Below, one piece after another: positions 37,918-46,947 of a stretch of DNA of 64,000 nucleotides. This stretch comes from Bacillota bacterium (lineage in GTDB: Bacteria > Bacillota_I > Bacilli_A > RF39 > UBA660): NCBI GenBank assembly GCA_023391185.1, contig JAEWBI010000004.1:3107-67106 (forward strand). Reading direction: 5' to 3'. How positions within the stretch are numbered: the first letter of the stretch is position 1; every line of letters begins with the position of its first letter. The translations under genes were made by a program, and so were the position numbers. The notes beneath the pieces are model-generated. The model was not told the DNA's origin. It did no database searches and worked only from the letters and a program-made list of their open reading frames with translations.

Positions 37918-38552
37918 TATTTATATTTATCTTTAAACTCTTTTTGCAATACTTTGCAATCTATCAAACCACATTCATTTGTTGTATGTTTTTCATTACA
38001 ATTAGTATTATGTATTAGATAAGCAAGAACTAAATATGTATCTTGCAAACTTTCTTGTTCGCTTAATGTAGATACTAAATTACCAAAATTTAATAACCAT
38101 TCATCTTCATCCATACTTCTTGGCAATAATTGTTCTACCATCATGTTATTTAGTTCTTTTAGAAACAATTCTTTATCGATTTTTGAGCTTAATAACTTTT
38201 GATAAGCATATGAAGCGATGTATAATTCTTCATCAGATATAGTTCCATCTGTAGCGCACATTTTATCCATATTGTCTAACATGTATTCGGTTGTATCTTC
38301 AATAACAACCCCCTTATTATCCAAACTATTAAGTAATTGATCACAATTACTTTCAGTAACTGACTCTATTTTTTTAACATCATTAATACTTATACTAGTA
38401 TTAGCAGCTGATGCAATAGGCGCCTCTATAACTATATTAATATCTTTATTTTCATATTTAGTACATCCTGTAAAAGTAGCACTTGTGACAATGATTAAAC
38501 CGGTTGTAATAAATCTTTTAATAGCTTTATTATTAATTTTTTTTATTTTCAT
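37917..38552 (-). CDS. Lipoprotein, unknown function
   Basis: SATFTGCTK lipobox. Shares a bidirectional terminator with mutL. Confidence 0.6.
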   Translation of the reverse strand: MKIKKINNKAIKRFITTGLIIVTSATFTGCTKYENKDINIVIEAPIASAANTSISINDVKKIESVTESNCDQLLNSLDNKGVVIEDTTEYMLDNMDKMCATDGTISDEELYIASYAYQKLLSSKIDKELFLKELNNMMVEQLLPRSMDEDEWLLNFGNLVSTLSEQESLQDTYLVLAYLIHNTNCNEKHTTNECGLIDCKVLQKEFKDKYK

Positions 38553-38690
38553 TTTATTCCTCTTATCTGTACGACTTGCTATATTATATATTTACTAATA
38601 TAAATTGTCAATTTAATAATTATTTGTTTTTTAATGATTAATCGACATTTTTTTTAAAATTAATATGAAATAATGCTAATAGGTGATTTT

Positions 38691-39152
38691 ATGAAAAAAT
38701 ACTTATTTCCAATTATTTCTTCACTAGTAATAGGATATATTTTAGCTAACTTACTTTTTAAACAATATGAATATGATAAAAATATTAAAACTGTATTTAA
38801 TAATGGAGTTACAGTTTACTTTTTACAACAAGGTGTTTATTCATCGGTTGATAGTATGAAAGAAAATATGGGGAGTTTTAATTATTACATCTATAGTTTT
38901 GAGAATGATAAATACTATTCTTATGTAGGAATTACAAAAAGTAAAGATAATTTAACTAAACTAAAAGGATATTATGAAAGTAAAGGTTATACTATTTATG
39001 TGAAAGAAATAAATGTTAATAATAATTCATTTATTACTATATTAGAGCAATATGATAACTTGCTTGCCACTACTGATAATGAAGACACGATAAATGCTAT
39101 TATGATGCAAGCTTTATCTAAATATGAGGAGCTGATTACCAATGCCAGTTAA
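38691..39152 (+). CDS. Membrane-anchored protein, possibly SPOR-like
   Basis: N-terminal TM helix. VYFLQQGVYSS...YYSYVGITKSKDNLTKLKGYYESKGYTIYVKEI has a beta-alpha-beta pattern resembling SPOR. ATG follows AGGTGAT. Confidence 0.5.
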   Translation: MKKYLFPIISSLVIGYILANLLFKQYEYDKNIKTVFNNGVTVYFLQQGVYSSVDSMKENMGSFNYYIYSFENDKYYSYVGITKSKDNLTKLKGYYESKGYTIYVKEINVNNNSFITILEQYDNLLATTDNEDTINAIMMQALSKYEELITNAS

Positions 39153-39825
39153 GATAAAGGATTTACCTGTTTTAGAACGCCCTAGAGAGAGATTATTAAT
39201 TAATGGGGTAAATAATCTGTCTAATGAAGAATTACTGGCTATTATCCTTAAAACAGGAAGTAGAGGGGAATCATCAAAGATAATTGCGTCTAATATCTTG
39301 TCATATATAAAAAATATAAATGATTTGAGAAGTATTACTATAAAAGAATTAACTTCTATAAAAGGCATTGGAAAAGCAAAGGCTTGTGATATTCAAGCAG
39401 CAATAGAACTAGGAAAACGCATATATAGTAATAATATTGTAATTAACAATATTAAATTTAATAATCCAGATATAATTTTTGAATATTATAAAGACAAACT
39501 TCAAGACAAGAAACAGGAGTGTTTTTATGCCGTATATTTAGATGCCTCAAAAAAAATAATAGAAGATAAACTTCTTTTCATTGGAACTGTTAATCAGAGC
39601 ATTGTTCACCCAAGAAATATATTTAAAGAAGCATGCATTTTAGATGCCTCATGTATAATTTGTGTTCATAATCATCCTAGTAATAACGTTGTTCCTAGTA
39701 AAGAAGACATTAATTTAACTAATAACTTAATAGAGATAGGTAAAATATTTGGGATTCCTATAATTGATCATATAATAGTAGGTCCAACTAAGTATTATAG
39801 TTTTTTTGAAAATGGTGATATATAA
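39142..39825 (+). CDS. radC: RadC-family JAB/MPN domain protein
   Basis: HhH N-terminus (LTSIKGIGKAKA) and HNHPSNNVVPSKEDINLT JAMM motif. Confidence 0.9.
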   Translation: MPVKIKDLPVLERPRERLLINGVNNLSNEELLAIILKTGSRGESSKIIASNILSYIKNINDLRSITIKELTSIKGIGKAKACDIQAAIELGKRIYSNNIVINNIKFNNPDIIFEYYKDKLQDKKQECFYAVYLDASKKIIEDKLLFIGTVNQSIVHPRNIFKEACILDASCIICVHNHPSNNVVPSKEDINLTNNLIEIGKIFGIPIIDHIIVGPTKYYSFFENGDI

Positions 39826-40565
39826 TGAAACAAAAAATATTAATTTTTATTCTGGGAATTATTTTACTTATATGTTTTAACTATTTTATTAATAGAACTA
39901 CTCCTTTAGAGGGGATAACAAAAGATATAAGCTATAAAGTTACCAGACTATTTAGTAACACTAAAGAGATAGAATTATCTAAAGATATGCTTGTTAGTAA
40001 AAATATAGCTTTAGAAAAAGAATTGGATGAACTAAAAAATCTATTAAGACTAAATGAAATAACAGCTACTTACAACATAATAAACGCTACTGTAATAAAT
40101 AGAAATATGAAAGAATTTTATGATACAGTTGTCATTGATAAGGGTTATAATGACGGTGTTGATATTGGCTATGCTGTTGTTACTAATGAAGGATTGGTAG
40201 GAAAAGTAATAAAATTAGGCAAGGAAACTAGTACTATAAAACTTCTTACAAGTAGTGATTTATATAATATGTTATCTGTTAATATTCATACTAGTGATGG
40301 TGATATATATGGAATACTCTCTGATTATGATGAACAAACAAACTCATTTATTATTGGAGGAATAGATGAATTAACAAGAATAGAAGTAGGCGATATTGTT
40401 TCAACAACAGGTCTTGAAAATAATTATCCAAATGGAATAAATATAGGAAAAGTTGTTAGAATAAGCAAAGATAATTTCGATTTAGCATATATTCTTAAGG
40501 TAGAATCATACATAGATTTTAATAATTTTCATTATGTAGCGGTATTAAATAGAAATGATTCTTAG
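39825..40565 (+). CDS. mreC: Rod shape-determining protein MreC
   Basis: TM helix, coiled coil (LEKELDELKNLL), then beta-barrel repeats (GLVGKVIKLGKETSTIKLLT). Followed by mreD. Confidence 0.85.
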   Translation: MKQKILIFILGIILLICFNYFINRTTPLEGITKDISYKVTRLFSNTKEIELSKDMLVSKNIALEKELDELKNLLRLNEITATYNIINATVINRNMKEFYDTVVIDKGYNDGVDIGYAVVTNEGLVGKVIKLGKETSTIKLLTSSDLYNMLSVNIHTSDGDIYGILSDYDEQTNSFIIGGIDELTRIEVGDIVSTTGLENNYPNGINIGKVVRISKDNFDLAYILKVESYIDFNNFHYVAVLNRNDS

Positions 40566-40968
40566 TTTACCATTTTTTCTACTTGATTTAATATTAGGAA
40601 TATATATAAATAGTTATTTTAATTTGTCTTTGTTAATATGCATTAGTTACTATACAAGATATAAATATAAAAGAAATATACCATATGTAATAATACTAGG
40701 TTTTATATATGATCTTGTTTTTTCAGGAGTACTATTTTTAAATACATTTATTTATTTGATTATATATATTGTAACTAATAAAATTAAAGAGATAAATATT
40801 TATTTGGTCTATCTAGTAGATATGCTTTTATATATTGTTTTGAATTATCTACTTTTATATATATACACAAATACTTATATAAATCCTATATTTATATTTA
40901 GAATAATAATTTTTAATGTAATAGTGTTTTATTTAGCAAATAGTTTATATGTGAAATTGACAAAATAA
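40555..40968 (+). CDS. mreD: Rod shape-determining protein MreD
   Basis: 137-aa polytopic membrane protein overlapping the mreC 3' end. Call rests on position. Confidence 0.6.
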   Translation: MILSLPFFLLDLILGIYINSYFNLSLLICISYYTRYKYKRNIPYVIILGFIYDLVFSGVLFLNTFIYLIIYIVTNKIKEINIYLVYLVDMLLYIVLNYLLLYIYTNTYINPIFIFRIIIFNVIVFYLANSLYVKLTK

Positions 40969-41011
40969 TATAAAAATGTTAGTATATACCTCATTCAAAG
41001 GGGGAATATAC

Positions 41012-41452
41012 ATGAAAAATATAAAAGGAACTATTAAATTTTATAATAAAAATGTAATTAAAAAGTGTTTGGGTACAGGTGCTTTAATTTTAGTAGCCGA
41101 TGTTAGCCCGATAAAATCAATAACAATTCTTAGTTCAATTGGTGCAGGTCTTATGATCGCAAGCATTGCTTCTAAAATAAAAGAGAGAAAAGAGAATAAT
41201 GATTCTTCTTCATTAAAAAGAAATAAAAGAAGTATTATTATTGAAAAATTAAAAGAATTAAAAGCAGAACTTGTTACAGAGTTTGAAAAAGAGAAAACTT
41301 CTAAAAATAAAGTGGAAACACCTGAAAAAAAGCAACTAAGTATTAGTAACTATGCTCGATTAGAAAATAAACCTAAAGAGGCTATAGTTATTTCAGCTAC
41401 TTCTGATCCACTTGGAGATTATATCGCAAGACAAAAAGCAATTAAAAAGTAG
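41012..41452 (+). CDS. Membrane protein, unknown function
   Basis: ATG follows AAGGGGGA. Two hydrophobic segments and a K/E-rich tail. Confidence 0.5.
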   Translation: MKNIKGTIKFYNKNVIKKCLGTGALILVADVSPIKSITILSSIGAGLMIASIASKIKERKENNDSSSLKRNKRSIIIEKLKELKAELVTEFEKEKTSKNKVETPEKKQLSISNYARLENKPKEAIVISATSDPLGDYIARQKAIKK

Positions 41453-41495
41453 TATAATTACTACTTTTTTTCATATATTCTAATAGGTGATATAA

Positions 41496-42101
41496 GTGAG
41501 CGAATTAGAGAGGATACGAAGGAAAAAGAAATCTAGACAAAGTTATACAAATGTGGCACCTAAAAAGGGTGGTAAGTATTTTATGTTTGTAACAAAAATT
41601 CTTTTAGTAGTTATTATAACTTTAGTACTTATGATTTTAATGAAATGTAATAAATCTTTTAAAGAAAAATTCTATGTCGAGGTATTTGAAAAAAATTTCT
41701 CTTTTGCTAGTGTAAATAACTTATATCAAAAGTATTTAGGGCCATTCTTGCCATTTGATGGTATTGCTGATACTGATACCGTTTTTAATGAAAAGTTAAC
41801 TTATACTGAGGTTAATAAATATTTGGATGGTGCTAAACTTACTGTAAAAGATGCATATTTAGTACCTTCGGTTCAAAGTGGTTTAGTAGTATATATTGGT
41901 GAAAAAGAAGGATATGGTAATACTGTTACTATCCAGGGTGTTGATGGAATAGATATATGGTATGGCAATATTGAAAATGTTTCAGTTGATTTATATGATT
42001 ATGTTGATTTAGGTACATTAATAGGTAATACTATAGATACAAATTTATATTTAGTATATAAAAAAGAGGGAAAAGTGCTTAATTATGAAGATTATCTCTA
42101 A
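41496..42101 (+). CDS. Membrane-anchored LytM/M23-like protein (SpoIVFA-like position, probably non-catalytic)
   Basis: TM anchor. GLVVYIGEKEGYGNTVTIQGVDGIDIWYGNI is a LytM-type beta-core. I saw no HxxxD/HxH metal ligands. GTG start follows AGGTGAT. Confidence 0.65.
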   Translation: MSELERIRRKKKSRQSYTNVAPKKGGKYFMFVTKILLVVIITLVLMILMKCNKSFKEKFYVEVFEKNFSFASVNNLYQKYLGPFLPFDGIADTDTVFNEKLTYTEVNKYLDGAKLTVKDAYLVPSVQSGLVVYIGEKEGYGNTVTIQGVDGIDIWYGNIENVSVDLYDYVDLGTLIGNTIDTNLYLVYKKEGKVLNYEDYL

Positions 42102-42822
42102 GATTAAGATTCATTTCTTTTTTTATGTTGTTTTATTTGTTTCAATTTTAACTGGTCATTTTAAAACCTTTTTTGCCATGACTTTAATAACAATATTTCA
42201 TGAATTAGGCCATATTATAACAAGTCTTATTTTTAAATGGAATATAGATAAAATACTAGTTATGCCAATAAGTTTATTAACCATATACAATGTTAAAATT
42301 AATACGAAAAAGTATCAAGAATTAATTGTTACCATAATGGGGCCAATTGCTCAAATGTTTCTTTTTTTCTTTATAAAAGATGAAGAGATACTTAGATATA
42401 ATTTAATGTTACTTCTATTTAATTTGCTTCCTATATACCCCCTAGATGGTTCGAAAATATTTAAAATTGTGTTATATGATTATCTTCCGTTTAAATATGT
42501 CGAAAATATAAATATATATGTTTCCGTTATAACAATAATTTTCTTATTACTAATATCTAAATGGAATTTAATAATTATTTTTGCATGTGTATTATTTATA
42601 TTTAAAGTAGTGGAAGAGTATAAGAAAAGAAATTATGTATTTAATAAGTTTCTATTTGAAAGATATTTATATAAGATAAAACATAAAAAAAGCAAAATTA
42701 TAAATGGCCTAAAAAAAGATGAATTCTATAAAAATTATCATCATAATTTTATTACTAAAAACAAAATAGTTACTGAGGAAGAATTTTTAAGCAAAATGTT
42801 TGACAATACAAGGGTTTTATGA
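42085..42822 (+). CDS. Site-2 protease family zinc metalloprotease (SpoIVFB-like)
   Basis: HELGHIITS (HExxH) and NLLPIYPLDGSK (NxxPxxxxDG) lie in TM helices. Located upstream of rplU, as spoIVFB is in Bacillus. Confidence 0.85.
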   Translation: MKIISKIKIHFFFYVVLFVSILTGHFKTFFAMTLITIFHELGHIITSLIFKWNIDKILVMPISLLTIYNVKINTKKYQELIVTIMGPIAQMFLFFFIKDEEILRYNLMLLLFNLLPIYPLDGSKIFKIVLYDYLPFKYVENINIYVSVITIIFLLLISKWNLIIIFACVLFIFKVVEEYKKRNYVFNKFLFERYLYKIKHKKSKIINGLKKDEFYKNYHHNFITKNKIVTEEEFLSKMFDNTRVL

Positions 42823-42828
42823 TAAAAT
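42800..42828 (+). promoter_or_regulatory. rplU operon promoter
   Basis: TTGACA (42800-42805), 17 nt, then TGaTAAAAT extended -10 (42820-42828). It sits in the 3' end of the S2P gene. Confidence 0.6.
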
Positions 42829-42834
42829 TTATTA

Positions 42835-42925
42835 CTGTGTAGAGCCTTACTCTACAACCGCGCAGAAAAGGTTTTAAGCTATATAAGCACCTTAATGGCG
42901 AGTCTTAGAGGAACGGAGGAAAAAA
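42835..42925 (+). ncRNA. Structured rplU 5' leader (L21-leader-like cis-regulatory RNA)
   Basis: Hairpin TGTAGAG-cctta-CTCTACA (42838-42856). A second interrupted stem is AAGG..GCT-atata-AGC.CCTT. A ribosomal-protein leader is known upstream of rplU in Firmicutes. Confidence 0.45.
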
Positions 42926-43222
42926 ATGAAAGCTATATTCGAAACAGGTGGAAAACAATATTACGCTGAAGAAGGAACAATATTATATGTTGAAAAGTTA
43001 GATGCTGCAGACGGAGAAGAAGTTTCTTTTGATAAAGTTTTAATGGCTAATGGTGTTGTTGGACGCCCATATGTTAGTGGAACAGTTGTAAAAGCTAAAG
43101 TTTTAAAACATGGTAAAAACAAAAAGATTAAAGTATTTAAATATAATCCAAAGAAAAATTACCATAAAACTCAAGGTCATCGTCAACCATATACTAAAAT
43201 TGAAGTTATTAGTGTTAAATAA
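42926..43222 (+). CDS. rplU: 50S ribosomal protein L21
   Basis: [17 protein letters not shown]...GHRQPYTKI. Confidence 0.95.
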   Translation: MKAIFETGGKQYYAEEGTILYVEKLDAADGEEVSFDKVLMANGVVGRPYVSGTVVKAKVLKHGKNKKIKVFKYNPKKNYHKTQGHRQPYTKIEVISVK

Positions 43223-43224
43223 TA

Positions 43225-43527
43225 ATGATTAAAGTAAATGTTATTAGAAAAGCTGATAAAATAGATAAAATTATTATAAGTGGGCATGCTATGTATGCTG
43301 ACTATGGTAAAGATATCGTTTGTGCTTCAGTGTCTAGTATTGTTATTACATCAATTAATGCTATATTAAAAATTAATAAAGATGCAATAACTTATCATCA
43401 AGGCGATGATTTAGAAATAACTGTAAAGTTGCATAATGATGTAACTGAAAAATTGCTTGAGAATATGTTAGATTTATTAACTGAATTATCAACGCAGTAT
43501 AAAAAAAATATAAATATTAATATATAG
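43225..43527 (+). CDS. prp: Ribosomal-processing cysteine protease Prp
   Basis: ISGHA...[10 protein letters not shown] His/Cys dyad. Lies between rplU and rpmA. Confidence 0.9.
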   Translation: MIKVNVIRKADKIDKIIISGHAMYADYGKDIVCASVSSIVITSINAILKINKDAITYHQGDDLEITVKLHNDVTEKLLENMLDLLTELSTQYKKNININI

Positions 43528-43540
43528 GGAGGTGCCAATA

Positions 43541-43834
43541 GTGAAATTTTTAGAATTAAATATACAATTATTTGCCCACAAAAAAGGACAAGGTTCAACT
43601 AGAAATGGTCGTGACTCTATATCTAAAAGATTAGGAGCAAAGGCTGCTGACGGTGAATTTGTTACAGGTGGTTCAATATTATATCGTCAACGTGGAACAA
43701 AAGTTTACCCAGGTACTAACGTAGGAATTGGATCAGATGATACAGTTTATGCTAAAGTTCCAGGATATGTAAAATTTGAACGTGTTGGAAGAGATAAAAA
43801 ACAAGTTAGTATTTATCCTGAAAGACAAAACTAA
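43541..43834 (+). CDS. rpmA: 50S ribosomal protein L27 with Prp-cleavable N-terminal extension
   Basis: [26 protein letters not shown] cleavage motif. GTG 43541 follows GGGAGGTG; the upstream GTG 43532 lies within the RBS. Confidence 0.9.
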   Translation: MKFLELNIQLFAHKKGQGSTRNGRDSISKRLGAKAADGEFVTGGSILYRQRGTKVYPGTNVGIGSDDTVYAKVPGYVKFERVGRDKKQVSIYPERQN

Positions 43835-43850
43835 TTTAACATTGAATGTA

Positions 43851-43881
43851 AAAAGAGTTAATATATAATAACTCTTTTTTT
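43851..43881 (+). terminator. Rho-independent terminator after rpmA
   Basis: AAAAGAGTTA-atatataa-TAACTCTTTT followed by TTT. Confidence 0.75.
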
Positions 43882-43992
43882 GTTAGTATTTACATTTTTG
43901 TATTAGTTAAAAATGTTTAATTCTTTACACTTTTTTAAAACAACAAATAATATTTGTGATATAATTATTTTAATAGAAGAGGATGTGTTAAG

Positions 43993-44784
43993 ATGAGGGA
44001 TGTAAACATATTAACTAATAATGGTGTTAATGTAGCGGCTAGTCTTGAACTTTTTGGAGACATGGCAACATATGATGAAACAGTAGTAGACTTCTTAAAT
44101 GGAGTAGAAGAAAAGATATCTGGTATAAAAAAATATAAAGAAAATGGGGATATGCCTAATTATGCAATTTTAGTTCACTCTTTAAAAAGTGATGCTAAGT
44201 ATTTAGGATTAACTGCTTTAGCAGATATTTCATTTCAACACGAAATGGATAGTAAGGCTAATAATATTAATGCTGTTTATAATAATTATGATGCTTTAAT
44301 GGCAGAAGCAAATAGATCTATTGCCTTACTAAAGGCTTATGTAGGTGATATGTCGCCAATTCCAGCAGTAGTAGCGCCTGTTGCAGCACCAGTGATTAAG
44401 GATAAAACAATTTTGGTTGTTGATGATTCAGATATTATTAGAACATTTATTCAAAAAATATTTAATGATAATTATCATGTTATGATGGCACATGATGGCA
44501 AAGAAGCAATAGATGTAATTGGTACTAGTGCTTATGATAATATTGTAGGTATTTTACTTGATTTAAATATGCCTAATATAAATGGTTTTGAAGTATTGGA
44601 ATATTTCAAAGAAAATAATTTATTCACAAAAATCCCAGTATCTATAATAACTGGCGATGATTCTCGTGATACTATTGATAAGGCATTTAAATATCCAATA
44701 ACTGATGTGTTACAAAAACCATTTAATGAGAGAGATATAAAAAGAATTATTGATAAGATGTTAGCTTTAAATAATTTAATATAG
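43993..44784 (+). CDS. Hpt (histidine phosphotransfer) domain fused to a response-regulator receiver domain
   Basis: Hpt motif VHSLKSDAKYLG (His62, nt 44176-44178). Pro/Ala/Val linker. REC with VVDDSD, LLDLNMP (Asp190, nt 44560-44562), SIITG and QKPF. Confidence 0.85.
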   Translation: MRDVNILTNNGVNVAASLELFGDMATYDETVVDFLNGVEEKISGIKKYKENGDMPNYAILVHSLKSDAKYLGLTALADISFQHEMDSKANNINAVYNNYDALMAEANRSIALLKAYVGDMSPIPAVVAPVAAPVIKDKTILVVDDSDIIRTFIQKIFNDNYHVMMAHDGKEAIDVIGTSAYDNIVGILLDLNMPNINGFEVLEYFKENNLFTKIPVSIITGDDSRDTIDKAFKYPITDVLQKPFNERDIKRIIDKMLALNNLI

Positions 44785-44794
44785 TATTTTTAAT

Positions 44795-44825
44795 AAAATC
44801 CTTAATTTATATTAAGGATTTTTTA
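44795..44825 (+). terminator. Rho-independent terminator after the Hpt-REC gene
   Basis: AAAATCCTTAAT-ttat-ATTAAGGATTTT 12-bp arms followed by a T-run. Confidence 0.8.
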
Positions 44826-44839
44826 TATAATAATTGTGA

Positions 44840-44868
44840 TTGATTTTTAATTACATAATTGTTATAAT
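44840..44868 (+). promoter_or_regulatory. Promoter preceding a ~200-nt AT-rich leader of the UPF0316 gene
   Basis: TTGATT (44840-44845), 17 nt, then TGtTATAAT (44860-44868). Confidence 0.5.
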
Positions 44869-45076
44869 TATATAGAAAGTATGGTACAGGTTAAGATTAT
44901 AAAGTATTTACATCATTGGTATCATGTTTTTTATTGTCTATTTAATCTCATTGTTTAAATGTTACGGTTATGATCTTAATTTTATAACTTACTAATTTGG
45001 TTAATTTTATAGTTAAAGTAATTATGGTTATACTATTAACAAACATTATATTAATATCAAGAAGAAAAGGTGAATT

Positions 45077-45592
45077 ATGGAAATTTTAATATTATGCATT
45101 CAAATATTTTTTGTAAGGATACTTGATGTATCGCTTGGTACAGTAAGAACTATTATAACAGTTAAGGGAAAAAAAGTTATTGCCAGTGTTATAGGATTTG
45201 TTGAAGTTTTAATATGGTTCTCAATTGTAAAAGAGGCTTTAAATACTGATATTCAAAGTATGTGGATTGCGGTTAGTTATGCTTCGGGTTATGCGACTGG
45301 TACTTTTGTTGGGGGATTTTTATCTGACAAATTTATAAGTGGAAATCTAACAGTACAAGTTATTTTAAGTAATCGTAATGATGAAATAATAACTGCTATT
45401 AGAAAAGCAGGTTACGCAACAACTGTAATAGATGTTAAAGGACAAGATCAAGATCAACTAAAATATATGCTTCTTATGGAAATTAATAAAAAACGTGCTG
45501 ATCATTTGAAAAAACTTATTAAAAGTTTAGATGAAAAAGCTTTTATAGTTGTTAGTGAAACAAAGACAGTTCAAAATGGGTATTTTAGATAA
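45077..45592 (+). CDS. UPF0316-family membrane protein (DUF2179 C-terminal domain)
   Basis: IQIFFVRILDVSLGTVRTIITVKGKK N-terminus is typical of UPF0316/YebE-like proteins. Confidence 0.75.
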   Translation: MEILILCIQIFFVRILDVSLGTVRTIITVKGKKVIASVIGFVEVLIWFSIVKEALNTDIQSMWIAVSYASGYATGTFVGGFLSDKFISGNLTVQVILSNRNDEIITAIRKAGYATTVIDVKGQDQDQLKYMLLMEINKKRADHLKKLIKSLDEKAFIVVSETKTVQNGYFR

Positions 45593-45636
45593 TATCCATT
45601 TTATTTTATAAAGCGATAATAGAAAGGAAAAACAAA

Positions 45637-46860
45637 ATGATAGATAATTATAATAAATATGTTAATTTATTGCTAACTAAATGCCTAAATATTAAAAAAG
45701 GAGAACCACTACTTATTCAAGCTCCTATTGAAAATATTGATTTTGTTAGGATAGTAGCTAAAAAGGCGTATGAACTAGGAGTTAATGATATATATTTTGA
45801 TTTTAATGATGATATTTTAAAGCATGATCAACTTTTAAATTTAGATATAGAAAGTTTAAAAGAAAGTAGATTTTGGAATAAAAAAATATTTGACGAATAC
45901 GCAAATAAGGGTGCTGCTTTTTTAATGCTTTATGGTGATGATCCGGATTTAACAAATGATATTGAACCAGTCAAAGTAGGGGAAGTAGCTAAAGTAAATA
46001 GGTTATCTAGACCAATTTATAAAGCAAAGCAATCAATAAATGAAGTTCCATGGTGTATTGCTTCTGTAGCAACTGAAGCATGGGCAAAAAAAATATTTCC
46101 GAGTAGCCTAGATGCTAAAACAGAACTTTGGAATACAATATTTGAGATGTGTCTTATTAATAGTGAAAATCCACTTCTTGAGTGGGATAAGAAAGTTGAT
46201 ATTAATAGTAAAAAATGTGAGTTATTAAATAATATTGGTTTTAAAGAACTACATTATACTAATAATTTAGGAACTAATTTATCAATAAAATTAGATGAGA
46301 ATGCTATATGGTGTGGTGGTGATGAAGAAACTACAGATGGTAGAAAAGTGATTTTGAATATGCCAACAGAAGAAGTATTTACAACTCCAATAATGACAGA
46401 AACAAGCGGTATTGTTTATAGTTCAAAACCACTTATATATAGTGGTGCATTAATAGATAATTTTATGTTAAAGTTTGACAAAGGAAAAGTAGTTGATTTT
46501 TCTGCTGAAAAAGGTTATGAAGTACTTAAAAGTATAATTGAAGGTGATGAGCATTCATGCATGTTAGGTGAGGTTGCATTAGTAGATTACAATTCACCCA
46601 TATCTAATTCTGGTTTGATATTTTATGAAACGTTATTTGATGAGAATGCATCTTGTCATTTAGCTTTGGGAAATGGGTTTCCTACTTGCGTAAAAAATAC
46701 TAGTGGTAAAAGTCGTGAAGAACTAATAAATATGGGAATTAACCAGTCTAGTGTTCATGTTGATTTCATGATAGGCACTAGTGATTTAGTAATAAAGGGT
46801 GTCACAAAAGATAATAGAGAAATGCTTATTTTTGATAAAGGAAACTTTATTTTAAGATAA
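45637..46860 (+). CDS. M29-family aminopeptidase (AmpS/PepS-like)
   Basis: EVALVDYNSPISNSG...FDENASCHLALGNGFP...HVDFMIGT. Confidence 0.85.
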   Translation: MIDNYNKYVNLLLTKCLNIKKGEPLLIQAPIENIDFVRIVAKKAYELGVNDIYFDFNDDILKHDQLLNLDIESLKESRFWNKKIFDEYANKGAAFLMLYGDDPDLTNDIEPVKVGEVAKVNRLSRPIYKAKQSINEVPWCIASVATEAWAKKIFPSSLDAKTELWNTIFEMCLINSENPLLEWDKKVDINSKKCELLNNIGFKELHYTNNLGTNLSIKLDENAIWCGGDEETTDGRKVILNMPTEEVFTTPIMTETSGIVYSSKPLIYSGALIDNFMLKFDKGKVVDFSAEKGYEVLKSIIEGDEHSCMLGEVALVDYNSPISNSGLIFYETLFDENASCHLALGNGFPTCVKNTSGKSREELINMGINQSSVHVDFMIGTSDLVIKGVTKDNREMLIFDKGNFILR

Positions 46861-46866
46861 TAAATT

Positions 46867-46891
46867 AAGACATTTTATTAGTGTCTTTTTT
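46867..46891 (+). terminator. Rho-independent terminator after the aminopeptidase gene
   Basis: AAGACA-ttttattag-TGTCTT followed by TTTTT. Confidence 0.55.
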
Positions 46892-46947
46892 CTTGTTTAA
46901 ATTATGTTAATAGTGTATAATACTTCTAGGAAAAGGGGCGTGGTAAT

